Shown piece after piece: positions 27,763 to 37,681 of a DNA stretch of 64,000 bases. This stretch comes from a virus. Taxonomy: Duplodnaviria > Caudoviricetes. Every line of letters starts with the position of its first letter. The first letter of the stretch is position 1. The position numbers were made by a program, and so were the translations under genes. The stretch is from positions 32,001 through 96,000 of the IMG/VR virus record IMGVR_UViG_3300022923_000005; one strand, written 5' to 3'. Under the pieces are notes generated by a model. The model had not been told where the DNA came from. It did not search any database and worked only from the letters and a program-made list of their open reading frames with translations.

Positions 27763-28490
27763 ACTGGTTCAAAAAAACACAACCAACTATTGAATTCTGG
27801 TCTGTAGAAAAAGGTTTAGAACATACTGCGCCGCCGGTCCCTGCTACACAATGTATACCAGATTGGTTTAAAGAAATGCCTGCTGCTGTAAAAGATGTTT
27901 ACAACAATTTTGGTGCTAACGGCAGAGTAGAAACTGCAAAACAATGTCCAGCATACGCAGAATTTTTTAAACAAGCGTATGTGTTAAGAATGTGGACAGA
28001 CTTTAAAATTACAATTAATAAAGATCACAGTTATTATGTTGAATCCGCAGATGATAGATTTGAATTTACTAATCACGGCGAATTACAGTTCCAACAACAT
28101 TTACCTGATCCTAACAAATACAGTATGGTACTTAAAGCAATAAGTCCGTGGAGATTAAAAACTCCTAAAGGGTGGTCAGTATTGCAATTACCTATGTTGT
28201 TTCATTACGATAAAAGATTCGAAGTATTACCAGGATCATTTTGGTCTGATATACATCACGAATGCACACAGCAGATGGCATTTTTTGATTATGGAGAATA
28301 TATTATTGAAAGAGGTACACCTCTTTGTATGTTTGTTCCTGTACAAAGAAATGCAATCAAACATAAGGTGTCCGAATTTACAGACAGGCTATATAATATA
28401 ACTAATCAAAGTTATTTGTGGTGGGCAGGTAAATTTAAAAACGGATACAAAGAACACCAACGAATAGTTAAAAAGGAGAAAAGTAAATGA
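27759..28490 (+). CDS. Hypothetical beta-rich protein, paralogue of the previous gene
   Basis: Same motif series, ending W..GKF..GYKEHQ. Confidence 0.7.
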   Translation: MNWFKKTQPTIEFWSVEKGLEHTAPPVPATQCIPDWFKEMPAAVKDVYNNFGANGRVETAKQCPAYAEFFKQAYVLRMWTDFKITINKDHSYYVESADDRFEFTNHGELQFQQHLPDPNKYSMVLKAISPWRLKTPKGWSVLQLPMLFHYDKRFEVLPGSFWSDIHHECTQQMAFFDYGEYIIERGTPLCMFVPVQRNAIKHKVSEFTDRLYNITNQSYLWWAGKFKNGYKEHQRIVKKEKSK

Positions 28491-28741
28491 GTACTATTAC
28501 AGTAGAATCATTAGAACCGGGAGTAAATTACTTCTGTATTTACGAAACAGAAATTGATCCTAATACAATGCCTTTGTTATCACAATCAGATGAAACAATT
28601 CCTAAGGCTATTATTACAGGTAAAGGTCAAATTTTACAAAGAGATAAAGAGAAAAAACTTGTTGAAGTAATTGATCTTGAAACACATCAACGTTATGTTG
28701 TTGGTTGGGATAAAATTACTGAAATCGCAGTTGCTGACTAA
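28487..28741 (+). CDS. Hypothetical protein
   Basis: 84 aa, SD AAGGAG, overlapping both neighbours. Confidence 0.65.
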   Translation: MSTITVESLEPGVNYFCIYETEIDPNTMPLLSQSDETIPKAIITGKGQILQRDKEKKLVEVIDLETHQRYVVGWDKITEIAVAD

Positions 28742-29355
28742 TGAAAATTAGGTCAATATTTCCAGAAGGCATTGGCCTAGCGACTAATACTGACATTAAA
28801 CTTGATATTGATAGTTTAATGAAAAGTATAGAGTGGAAAACTGACGATAATGGCTTAGGTGAATTTGATCAAAGTCAAACAAATTTACAAGAAGTAGAAG
28901 AATGGCAGCCATTGCTAAATTGGATTGTAAAAAAGGCTGAACATTATTGGTCAGAATTAGGCTACAAGCACGATGGTATGTTAATTACACAAGCGTGGCT
29001 TAATAAAATGCCCGATGGTGGTACTATTGATTGGCATTGGCACAGCAATTCACTTATTTCAGCAGTATACTATCTTAAAGCAGATGAAGGCACAGGACCT
29101 ACATTGTTTCAAACTACTAAAAATCCACTACAACTTAGTCTACAAACAGAAGTAGACAAGTTTACTAACTACAATTGCCCTGAAATAGCAGTAAGACCGG
29201 AGCAAGATACTGTAGTATTATTTCCATCGTATATTAACCATCGCAGTGCTGCTAATTTTAATGCTAATTCTGAACGCTATACAGTAGCGGTCAATATAAT
29301 GCCCAATACGCTTGGAAAAGAAAACCACTTTAATTGGGCTAAATTGCATAAATAA
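28741..29355 (+). CDS. Putative Fe(II)/2OG oxygenase (HxH, TIGR02466-like)
   Basis: W.N...HWH.NS.ISAVYY...LFPSY..H...R..VAVN. Confidence 0.8.
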   Translation: MKIRSIFPEGIGLATNTDIKLDIDSLMKSIEWKTDDNGLGEFDQSQTNLQEVEEWQPLLNWIVKKAEHYWSELGYKHDGMLITQAWLNKMPDGGTIDWHWHSNSLISAVYYLKADEGTGPTLFQTTKNPLQLSLQTEVDKFTNYNCPEIAVRPEQDTVVLFPSYINHRSAANFNANSERYTVAVNIMPNTLGKENHFNWAKLHK

Positions 29356-29389
29356 ACATATAACAGACGTATTAAGGAGACTTGTTACT

Positions 29390-29566
29390 ATGGCAACATT
29401 TACAGTTGAAGGGAAAACTTTCGACAAGTATTACAAAGCATACGACTATGCAATGTTTTTGTACAATACTGAAAATAGACAGATCGAAATGAGTAAAGAC
29501 GGCGGAGCACCTATCTTGATCGGTGACCCAATTAACGAAGAAGAACTAGATAATCTTAATTACTAG
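29390..29566 (+). CDS. Small Tyr-rich protein (58 aa; start revised to 29390)
   Basis: SD AAGGAG and its own TAAATA at 29349-29354; MATFTVEGKTFDKYYKAYDYAMFLY... Confidence 0.65.
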   Translation: MATFTVEGKTFDKYYKAYDYAMFLYNTENRQIEMSKDGGAPILIGDPINEEELDNLNY

Positions 29567-30206
29567 TTTTACTAAGATCTAATTCAGTAAGACTGTCAAG
29601 TCTTCCAATCTTTTCAAAAATAAACGTATTAAAAGCAAGGCTCTTTCTAGGAAGGTCTTGCTTTATTTTACCTACACTATGTTGAGTTTCACTAGGAAAT
29701 AGTACTAAAGTATTTTTCCTTGGTGTAAATGAGTGGTGATCAAAAGCATATGGGGCTTCAATATCTTCATTGCGATCTACTTCAAAGTTGCTAAATTTTC
29801 TAGGACGTAAAAAACTAATAGGTTCTATATCGCCTTCGTCCCAATAAAATACGCCTGAAATTAGACTGTTAGGATGTATGTGATATTTGTGTCTTTGTCC
29901 TTTTTCCTTTATAGATACCCAACTCATAGTAAGATCTATTTTCTTAAAGTTCCAAGCAAGTACGTTTCTAGCATAGTTGTCTACGTGATGCATAATCCAA
30001 TTCCTTAAAGGAGTCATTTCATCACGGTTGAGAATGTAACTATCCTCACTTATTGTACCATATTCTTTAATTGTTTCGACATCTTTTTCTATATCAATCG
30101 GTGCATTATCCATATAATCAATGCACTGCTGTATTTCATCTTTACAAATAGCAAAGTATACAGGAATAGGAAAAATAGGTACTACTTCAATATGATCATC
30201 GTTCAT
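29556..30206 (-). CDS. Putative Fe(II)/2OG oxygenase (HxH, TIGR02466-like)
   Basis: IFP.PVY, HIHPNSLISGVFY, LFPS...H and RKSLAFN motifs. Confidence 0.8.
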   Translation of the reverse strand: MNDDHIEVVPIFPIPVYFAICKDEIQQCIDYMDNAPIDIEKDVETIKEYGTISEDSYILNRDEMTPLRNWIMHHVDNYARNVLAWNFKKIDLTMSWVSIKEKGQRHKYHIHPNSLISGVFYWDEGDIEPISFLRPRKFSNFEVDRNEDIEAPYAFDHHSFTPRKNTLVLFPSETQHSVGKIKQDLPRKSLAFNTFIFEKIGRLDSLTELDLSKTSN

Positions 30207-30787
30207 TAGTTTACCAACTTTACATTAAATGCAATACTGATTCTTTCTTCATTGCTTTTATTTTTTACAACCATATGCTCTAAATACGATGGCCATAACA
30301 ACATTCTTCCTACAACAGGCTCAAACCAAACATTAGGTTGCATATTCCTTGCTCTGTGTGTAAGTTTATGAAAGTTGTATGCACTTGCAGGAGGATTAAA
30401 AATTATATTTCCACTGTCTTTAGGAGCAGTAACATAAAATATACCACTTATGTCGCTTTCTGGATGCATATGAAACTCTTGCCACATACCTGGCTTACTA
30501 AAGTTATACCACGATTCATCTAAATTAACAATTGTGTACGGAGGATCTACTGCTAATTCTTCTAAGTATTGATGTATGTTTCTATAGATATGTTTACTTA
30601 CAAGCGGACATTGATCTTTTAGTACATTTACATATTCATCAAACTTAAATGTGCTTTGTATATCGCTTGACCAAGGATTAGTTGTGTGCTGTCTTTGTGT
30701 TTCTGCAACTTGTACTGCCTCGTCAATAATACTTTGATTATCAGTATCAACTAATTTAACAGGAATACCAAAATAATTTTCTATCAT
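30206..30787 (-). CDS. Putative Fe(II)/2OG oxygenase (HxH, TIGR02466-like)
   Basis: SWYN, HMHPES.ISGIFY, LWPSYLEH and RISIAFN motifs. Confidence 0.82.
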   Translation of the reverse strand: MIENYFGIPVKLVDTDNQSIIDEAVQVAETQRQHTTNPWSSDIQSTFKFDEYVNVLKDQCPLVSKHIYRNIHQYLEELAVDPPYTIVNLDESWYNFSKPGMWQEFHMHPESDISGIFYVTAPKDSGNIIFNPPASAYNFHKLTHRARNMQPNVWFEPVVGRMLLWPSYLEHMVVKNKSNEERISIAFNVKLVN

Positions 30788-31380
30788 TGCATATTTCCTA
30801 TTACATCGAAATTAATAATTGCTCTAGATGACTCGTTAGGGCTAGAACTTGAATGATAGTATTTGCCATTAAAAAATAATGCTCTACCTTTTTTAGGTTG
30901 GCAAGTTACTAAAGGCTCCCATTGTACATTTTCCATATTCGCAGACTGCGTGTCGTGCCGTGTCTGCTTGTATAATGTAGTTGGTGCTTCATTATCAACA
31001 ACATAATATAAACAAACTAAATGATCAAACTGTAAATCTATGTGTGGATGATTGCTAGGAACATCTTTACTAATAGGTAATTGTAAAAAACTACGTGCTT
31101 GATATACGTGTTCAACATCAATATTAATTTTGTCACAAGCAATATACACTAGCGGCTTAATAAACGGCCACCAAGCATCGCCGTTGTCGTTGTTGTCTTC
31201 ATAAAATACGTGATTAAACGCAGGACAAATTGCTCTTGTGTTGTATCTTTTAATTTTGTCAGCAGTAAGTGTTACGTCAGCAACATAGTACCAAGGAAAA
31301 CTATTGTTACCTAAAAGTAAATCTTCAATATCGTCTTGATATACTTTTGGTATTACATTATCTACAATTTGATATTCCAT
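30784..31380 (-). CDS. Fe(II)/2OG oxygenase-like protein (HxD type), paralogue of 26436..27029
   Basis: FPWY, PHID, LYYV and PKKG...F.G.YYHSSS.P...R motifs. Confidence 0.8.
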   Translation of the reverse strand: MEYQIVDNVIPKVYQDDIEDLLLGNNSFPWYYVADVTLTADKIKRYNTRAICPAFNHVFYEDNNDNGDAWWPFIKPLVYIACDKINIDVEHVYQARSFLQLPISKDVPSNHPHIDLQFDHLVCLYYVVDNEAPTTLYKQTRHDTQSANMENVQWEPLVTCQPKKGRALFFNGKYYHSSSSPNESSRAIINFDVIGNMQ

Positions 31381-32537
31381 TAGAAATAATTATATCCCAT
31401 CTTTTTATCAACTAATGACCAAAGTTCCATACTCAATGGTTTGAAAATAATTCTTGGATCATCAACACCGTTTGTTTTTAATACTTGCATCATACTTTTT
31501 ACATTCTGAAACACATCACTATTATGCAGTGCTTTTGTTGTTTTGTCAACTGTTATTTTCCAGAACTCGCTATCAAATGTACTTCCGCCGTGATATACAA
31601 AGTAAATAAATGCGCAATATACTTCAGCAGTATGACGCAATGAAGCATTTGCTGCATCTGCTGTAGTATCGCCCATAATTACATTTGCAGCCTCAATTGC
31701 TACTGCTTCATAATACGAACCACTTAATGCTTCTAATGGTTCAAAAAATAACGCTCTATTACCATTACTAATAATTCTGCCGTCTATAGTATTTTTCTTA
31801 TAGTAGTTTTTCCAACTAAATTCTCTTACTTGTATAGGATCATCAAACAGTGTTTGCATATCTTCTTTTGCTTCTTCGACGCTAGTAATTGTGTCATTAA
31901 ATAGATATCCCCAGCCTTGTCTTGTTTCTAAAGGTATACCAAACATCCAACCATTTCTAGTTGCTTGATGATATGTGTAATTCCAATTACCTGGTTTGTC
32001 GATGCCATTTACTATAGCGTGGTTAACAGGAAGATCATCTTTTAATTCATAATCAGAATAATCATCTGGATATCCCATACAGTCAATAATATAATCAAAC
32101 TTATGTTCAGTACTATCAATAAGTAAATTTACGTGTGTATCTGTTTGTTTAATAGATTTAATTGCACCGTGTATTTCAAAGAAACCTTTTTTGTTTCTCA
32201 ATCTTCCTAATACTAGTTCACTTAATTTAAAGTTGTTAAAGTGTATAGCGTGATAAGGAGGTATAAACTGATTATGAAAATCGTTGTCTCTCCAGTTTTT
32301 ATATTTTACACCGTGTTTAGTTGTAGCGTCTAAGGTAGGACCGTCATCTAACATTCTAAAATCACAAGCCTGTGCTAATATGTGAGGTAGAAATGTTGTT
32401 GTACTTTCTCCAATACCTAGAATTTTTTGTTCAGGATCGTGTATGCTGTATACTTCAATGTCATCATCTAGTGTGTTCATAAAGTATGCTAGTGTTTGAA
32501 GTCCGGCAGTGCCGATACCTATAACTGCAACTTTCAT
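31380..32537 (-). CDS. Tryptophan-halogenase-family flavoprotein (short form)
   Basis: GIGTAG, GIGEST, ATTKHG, IDCMG, GWMFGIP and FFEPLEA motifs. Confidence 0.8.
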   Translation of the reverse strand: MKVAVIGIGTAGLQTLAYFMNTLDDDIEVYSIHDPEQKILGIGESTTTFLPHILAQACDFRMLDDGPTLDATTKHGVKYKNWRDNDFHNQFIPPYHAIHFNNFKLSELVLGRLRNKKGFFEIHGAIKSIKQTDTHVNLLIDSTEHKFDYIIDCMGYPDDYSDYELKDDLPVNHAIVNGIDKPGNWNYTYHQATRNGWMFGIPLETRQGWGYLFNDTITSVEEAKEDMQTLFDDPIQVREFSWKNYYKKNTIDGRIISNGNRALFFEPLEALSGSYYEAVAIEAANVIMGDTTADAANASLRHTAEVYCAFIYFVYHGGSTFDSEFWKITVDKTTKALHNSDVFQNVKSMMQVLKTNGVDDPRIIFKPLSMELWSLVDKKMGYNYF

Positions 32538-32538
32538 A

Positions 32539-33210
32539 TTATCCTCCGCCTAGGCTAGTGTCCTTCATTCCATCTGTTAAGACTTTTGCTTCACCTAAAG
32601 TAGGAACAAATTTTGTTGCTAATGAAAATCTAAAGAATTGACCGTGTTCAGAAGCAAGTTGTGTTGGAGGTCGAATCATATGCGGAATCTGCGGATGAAA
32701 TAAAACTAAACGACCGGGTCTATATGAACATACGTGTTCAAAGTCAGTACCTTCTTCATTTAAGAAGCAAGTATCTCCGCCCCATTCAATGTTCCATTGC
32801 AAGTTTGCATAATAAACCATTGTCCATCCATTAGAGTCGTTGTCAATATGCATATGAAATCTATCGTGTGGAGTACATAAGTTAATCATAGTGTTATGAT
32901 GAAACTTGTAATACATATTGTGTCGTTCTATAACTTCTTTAGGTAGATTTTCTAACAATTGTGTATGTTTGAAATCATCTACTTGCCAGGTCGATACAAC
33001 TGAAATATGTTGTGTGTTTTCTAAAACACCGTTATCTGTACCATTTAATTTGTACAACGACTTGCTGCACATTTCGTAAATACCTGTCCTTACTGAATAC
33101 GGCAAAATGTCATCGTAAACAAAAATTTTCCTATCAGGAAAATTAGACATAGAATATTCTTTTACTTTATATTCGAAGTTTTTTCTATCCATTTTTCTAT
33201 TTTTATACAC
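32539..33210 (-). CDS. Prolyl-hydroxylase-like Fe(II)/2OG oxygenase (start uncertain: 33210, 33192 or 33150)
   Basis: HID, YYAN..W...WGGDT.F, PGR.V.F...IPH and R.SLA.K motifs. Confidence 0.8.
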   Translation of the reverse strand: MYKNRKMDRKNFEYKVKEYSMSNFPDRKIFVYDDILPYSVRTGIYEMCSKSLYKLNGTDNGVLENTQHISVVSTWQVDDFKHTQLLENLPKEVIERHNMYYKFHHNTMINLCTPHDRFHMHIDNDSNGWTMVYYANLQWNIEWGGDTCFLNEEGTDFEHVCSYRPGRLVLFHPQIPHMIRPPTQLASEHGQFFRFSLATKFVPTLGEAKVLTDGMKDTSLGGG

Positions 33211-34664
33211 CTTCTATATATGTGATCGTATGGCTCTATAGTCTCTTTATAGTAATTATCGATCAATTGGTGCTTATCACCAACAGATATGGCTTTACTA
33301 TTACATAGATCCATTCCTTGTATCACTGTTAGCCAACTTTCAAAACTAAATCCGCTTAGATATTTTGAAAAATCCATTTTTCCTGTGGCAAAATATCTTT
33401 CAAAGTCTGAAAGTCTTTCCTGTAGTGTATCTGGTACGTTATTTGGATTAGATTGTTCTTTCCAAAATGCAGATTCGTTTCCTTTACCTCTATAATGTAA
33501 AGATAAAAAGTCACGTATTCCTAAATATTGTTTATATACACTACTGTTAAATTGATCTTCATTCAACTCGTTGTACATTGTTGGATTCCAAGTCTCTAAC
33601 AAAGTTAATAATTGATCAACAATAATTCCTGTACCGTTTGCTTCTAATGGTTCCATAAACCCTGTGCTTAAACCTATGCCAATTACATTTTTTAATTGAC
33701 TTTGTAACATTATACTTGGTGTAAATTGTAAACTTGCTACTGGTTCAATATGTTCTCCGAACTTACTTCTAATTTCATCTAGTGCTTGATCTTTTGTAAG
33801 GTGGTTAGGATCATACAAATATCCTTGTCCTGTTCTTTCTTTTAAACCTATTTGCCAAGTCCAACCTGCGTCCATAGTAGTTGCAAGTGTTGCTGTACTG
33901 TAGCAAGGTTCGTCCCACCAAGGTAAAACTGCACAAGCAGGAAAATATTGTGATTGATCTACTGATGTTGCTTTCATTTCTTTTTCAAGAAGCAATCTTG
34001 CAAATCCACTACAATCAAAAAACCAAGTTGCTGGCAATGTAATATCATTTTCTAATTGAATACTTTTAATTTTTCCTAAGTCATCTTTTGTGCTAGAAAT
34101 ATATGTACCTTCAACTAGTTTTATATTACGTTCCAAACCTTTTGCTTTTAAATATGCAGCATTTGCTCTACTGTCAAAGTGCCACATAGGAAAAATTTTA
34201 TCTACAATAGCACCATAGTCATCAAATGGTACTTTATCATTTTTAAGTAATGCGCCAGTTGGAACTATATCTGCAATATCTATACCCGTACCTATTAACA
34301 TACGTAAGAAATAATACCGCTCTTCTAAACTAGAAAAACGTTTGCTCCATTTTGCAAAATAATGATCTGTAATTAAACTGTGCCAAAACACAGACTCTTT
34401 TCCGTTCCAGCCAACAAACTTTCCTCCTAGTTTAGGAGTCGCTCCTACTGCTTTAGCCCATTCGTTAAAAGGAATACCTACTGTATCGTATAATCGAGAA
34501 AGCGCAAAGCCTCCTGATTCACCTGCAATAATAGGCGGTTTTTTTGGATCTTCTACTACTGAAATATCTATACTAGGCCAATAGTGTTTTACAAATAGTG
34601 CTGTAAGCCAACCTGCTGTGCCGCCGCCTAGTATTACTGCTTTAACACTATTCTTTTCCGTCAT
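33162..34664 (-). CDS. Tryptophan-halogenase-family flavoprotein
   Basis: GGGTAGW, GES, ATPKLG, HFD, DCSGF, GWTWQI and FMEPLEA motifs. Confidence 0.85.
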   Translation of the reverse strand: MTEKNSVKAVILGGGTAGWLTALFVKHYWPSIDISVVEDPKKPPIIAGESGGFALSRLYDTVGIPFNEWAKAVGATPKLGGKFVGWNGKESVFWHSLITDHYFAKWSKRFSSLEERYYFLRMLIGTGIDIADIVPTGALLKNDKVPFDDYGAIVDKIFPMWHFDSRANAAYLKAKGLERNIKLVEGTYISSTKDDLGKIKSIQLENDITLPATWFFDCSGFARLLLEKEMKATSVDQSQYFPACAVLPWWDEPCYSTATLATTMDAGWTWQIGLKERTGQGYLYDPNHLTKDQALDEIRSKFGEHIEPVASLQFTPSIMLQSQLKNVIGIGLSTGFMEPLEANGTGIIVDQLLTLLETWNPTMYNELNEDQFNSSVYKQYLGIRDFLSLHYRGKGNESAFWKEQSNPNNVPDTLQERLSDFERYFATGKMDFSKYLSGFSFESWLTVIQGMDLCNSKAISVGDKHQLIDNYYKETIEPYDHIYRRCIKIEKWIEKTSNIK

Positions 34665-36237
34665 AGAACTTACCTTTCAAATATTGATAATGCGTTGGTA
34701 ATGTTTTACATAATTCTAAAACGTCTTGTTTATGTTTTTGATGTCTATCCATTGCTGCTTTCCAAATACTTGGCAAGCCTGGATATCTAAATGCTTCCAT
34801 ATCTGCGTGTGCTTTACTAATAGGATTGTATCCCATACCTGCTAGGATAAAATATTTTCCGTCATTAGTATCTCCGTCTAGATGTAGACGTGTGTTCATT
34901 CTGTAGTTGTAATCTTGTACACAATTATCCCACGCTTCGGCAGGATCAGGAATGTAATTTACAGTATCAGTTACGTGCCTCCAATAAGGAGTATCTCTAC
35001 GAGCACTTAAACCATAGTGCATACTTACAAATTGTTTAAAGTTATCAAGTTCAAACCTTGCTGCTGAATTCCATCCTTCAACATCCATATTGTTTACAAG
35101 TCCGTTTCTACGTGTAAGTGTTCCTACTAAGCGTATAATGTTTTCGTGCGTTGTAAGCAGTCCTGTGCTTTCTAATGGCTCAACAAAACCTAATGCTAAT
35201 CCTATAGCACATACATTTCCTTTCCAAGGAGTGTCTTGTACACCGTGTCTAATATTAATTCTGTTAAATTCTAATTTTTCTATTTGTTCTGGTTTTAATC
35301 TTTTGCTTAGATAGTTTTTAAATTCTACTTCTGCTTGATCCCAATCAACAAATTTGCTACTGTGTACATATCCTGTACCACGTCTATGATATAAAGGAAT
35401 ATCCCATACCCAACCGTTTTCAATAGCAGTACAATCTGTAAAACTGTGCATTTCATTTTCTTTATCGTTGTAAGGAATACGAGTTGCCATTGCACGATCA
35501 TTCATTAATACATCACCAAAACTTACAAATTTAGTTTTCATTATTTTTTCAATTAATAATTTTGTAAATCCAGTACAGTCAATATACAAATCTGCAAAGT
35601 GAGATTGTTCTTCTCCTATTAGTTCAATAATATTTCCATTTTCATCTTGTTTTACATCTTTAACTGTATCCCAGAAATGTTTTGTACCATTAGGAAGAGC
35701 GATATTATTTTTTAAATATTGACCAAATTTTTCTGCATCCATATGGTATGCTGTATTAAGGTGGAAATCAAATCCTCTAATTTGTTGTTTTTCATCTGCG
35801 TTGTCATACAATTTATTTTGATCAGTCATAATAGTTTGATTCAACGCCCAACCTGCAAACTCACTATGATCATATTCATTTTCAGTATATGCTTGATGCC
35901 AAAAGTAATCCATTATTCCGTTTGATGTATGATCAAAAGGCATTGTTCCAAAAGGATATTGAAAACTAGTTCCGTCTTTTTCTTTAAAATCTGTGAATCT
36001 AATACTAGTCTTGTAAGTTGCATTACACTCTGCCATCCAGTCACTGTCTTTTAATTCAAGCATATCTAAATATTTGTTAATATGCCCTAGTGTAGATTCT
36101 CCTACGCCTACAGTTGAAACTTTAGGTGATTCAACTAAACTAAGTTCTATATTTTTTAATTTTTTTGAAAGCATTGCTGCTGTCATCCAGCCTGCACTAC
36201 CTCCTCCAACAATACAAATCTTTTTAATTTGCGGCAT
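34648..36237 (-). CDS. Tryptophan-halogenase-family flavoprotein
   Basis: GGGSAGW, VGVGEST, ATYKTSI.F, AYH.DA, IDCTGF, GWVWDIP and FVEPLESTG motifs. Confidence 0.9.
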   Translation of the reverse strand: MPQIKKICIVGGGSAGWMTAAMLSKKLKNIELSLVESPKVSTVGVGESTLGHINKYLDMLELKDSDWMAECNATYKTSIRFTDFKEKDGTSFQYPFGTMPFDHTSNGIMDYFWHQAYTENEYDHSEFAGWALNQTIMTDQNKLYDNADEKQQIRGFDFHLNTAYHMDAEKFGQYLKNNIALPNGTKHFWDTVKDVKQDENGNIIELIGEEQSHFADLYIDCTGFTKLLIEKIMKTKFVSFGDVLMNDRAMATRIPYNDKENEMHSFTDCTAIENGWVWDIPLYHRRGTGYVHSSKFVDWDQAEVEFKNYLSKRLKPEQIEKLEFNRINIRHGVQDTPWKGNVCAIGLALGFVEPLESTGLLTTHENIIRLVGTLTRRNGLVNNMDVEGWNSAARFELDNFKQFVSMHYGLSARRDTPYWRHVTDTVNYIPDPAEAWDNCVQDYNYRMNTRLHLDGDTNDGKYFILAGMGYNPISKAHADMEAFRYPGLPSIWKAAMDRHQKHKQDVLELCKTLPTHYQYLKGKFYDGKE

Positions 36238-37681
36238 AGTGTGTGTCCTTAATGTAGTTAATTGCTTCTTTGTGTCCTAGTACTGGTGCTTCTCTAGTGT
36301 AGTACACATCTAGTTTTATGTCTGCTTCTGTTTTTGTATCATAAGGCAGTTTATTCCATTGGTCTAAATATGATTGTCTATCAATCAATTCTAATCCTGT
36401 TAAAACCATTGTCCAATTAAAGTTATTGAATAGTGCATACGGGTTAGCAAAGTCAGTCCATAATGGAATTTTCTTTTTGTATAATTCAATTGTTGCTTCA
36501 TTAAAATCTGTCTTTTTAATGTTATGACTGTTTTTCCAAAACTCAGAATCTTTTCTTTTAGTAAAGTAATGTAATTGTACAAAGTCAACAGTGTTTTCAA
36601 AAACTTTTGCAAACTTTTTATTGTAACTATCTTGTACACTATCACTATTTGGGTCGTAAAGTCCTATATGATTAACAAAGGCTAGTGCTTGTTGTATTGC
36701 TGTTCCAATGTTAGTGGCTTCTAAAGGCTCAATAAAACTTGCACTAAGTCCTACTGCTAAACAATTTTTGTTCCATACATTACGAAGATATCCAGCACCA
36801 AACTTAAATTTTTTACGTATGTCTAGTTCGTGTCCGTAGTATTTTGTTACTTCTTCTATTGCTTGATCTTCAGTAATAAAATCGTCACAGTATACATATC
36901 CATTACCGTATCTTTCTTGTGTAGGTATTTGCCATACCCATCCAGAACTTAATGCTGTAGCAGCAGTGTAAGCAGGAAACTTATCATCTAATTTAGTTGG
37001 GAAAGTAACAGCACTGTTCATTGGCAAATATTCTCTGCAATCTTTCCAATCACTTCCTACTTTACTGTGTATTACTTTTGCAAAACCTGTTGCATCTATA
37101 TAAAAATCACTTTCGTAAATACCTTTTTCACCGTGTAATTTTTTTACACTACCAAGTGCTTCAACAGACGTAATTGTATCAACAATAATATCAATCCTAC
37201 GTTTTGCGCAAACATCATTTAAAAATTCATTTAGTTTAAATGTATCGAAATGATATTGATTTGTACTTTCTAATACAGGTTGATAATGTTGTGAATTAAT
37301 AATAAATTCATCAAACATACTCATTTGATTTTCATTTTCAACAATTAGTTTGTGTAGTACATTAGGATGTCCAATTCTACTTTCTTCAATAATGTATGTA
37401 GGAACATTGTGCAAATAATCTTTGCCGTCACCGTTCCAGTTCTTAAAATATATTCCGTGTTTAAATGTGCTACCACAATGTAAAAAAAATTCTGCAGGAT
37501 TAATTTTTACAAATTCTAAAAAATCTCTCCAATGCTCAGTAGTACCTTCTCCTACTCCGACAATATCTATAGTGTCAGAGCGTATAAGTTGTATTTTCAT
37601 ATCAGGATATGCAGCACGTAAAATAAGTCCAGTTGTTAAACCTGCTGTACCGCCACCTACAATTGTTACACTATCAATCAT
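36224..37681 (-). CDS. Tryptophan-halogenase-family flavoprotein
   Basis: GGGTAG, VGVGEGT, TFKHGI.F, YHFD, IDATGF, GWVWQIP and FIEPLEAT motifs. Confidence 0.9.
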   Translation of the reverse strand: MIDSVTIVGGGTAGLTTGLILRAAYPDMKIQLIRSDTIDIVGVGEGTTEHWRDFLEFVKINPAEFFLHCGSTFKHGIYFKNWNGDGKDYLHNVPTYIIEESRIGHPNVLHKLIVENENQMSMFDEFIINSQHYQPVLESTNQYHFDTFKLNEFLNDVCAKRRIDIIVDTITSVEALGSVKKLHGEKGIYESDFYIDATGFAKVIHSKVGSDWKDCREYLPMNSAVTFPTKLDDKFPAYTAATALSSGWVWQIPTQERYGNGYVYCDDFITEDQAIEEVTKYYGHELDIRKKFKFGAGYLRNVWNKNCLAVGLSASFIEPLEATNIGTAIQQALAFVNHIGLYDPNSDSVQDSYNKKFAKVFENTVDFVQLHYFTKRKDSEFWKNSHNIKKTDFNEATIELYKKKIPLWTDFANPYALFNNFNWTMVLTGLELIDRQSYLDQWNKLPYDTKTEADIKLDVYYTREAPVLGHKEAINYIKDTHYAAN

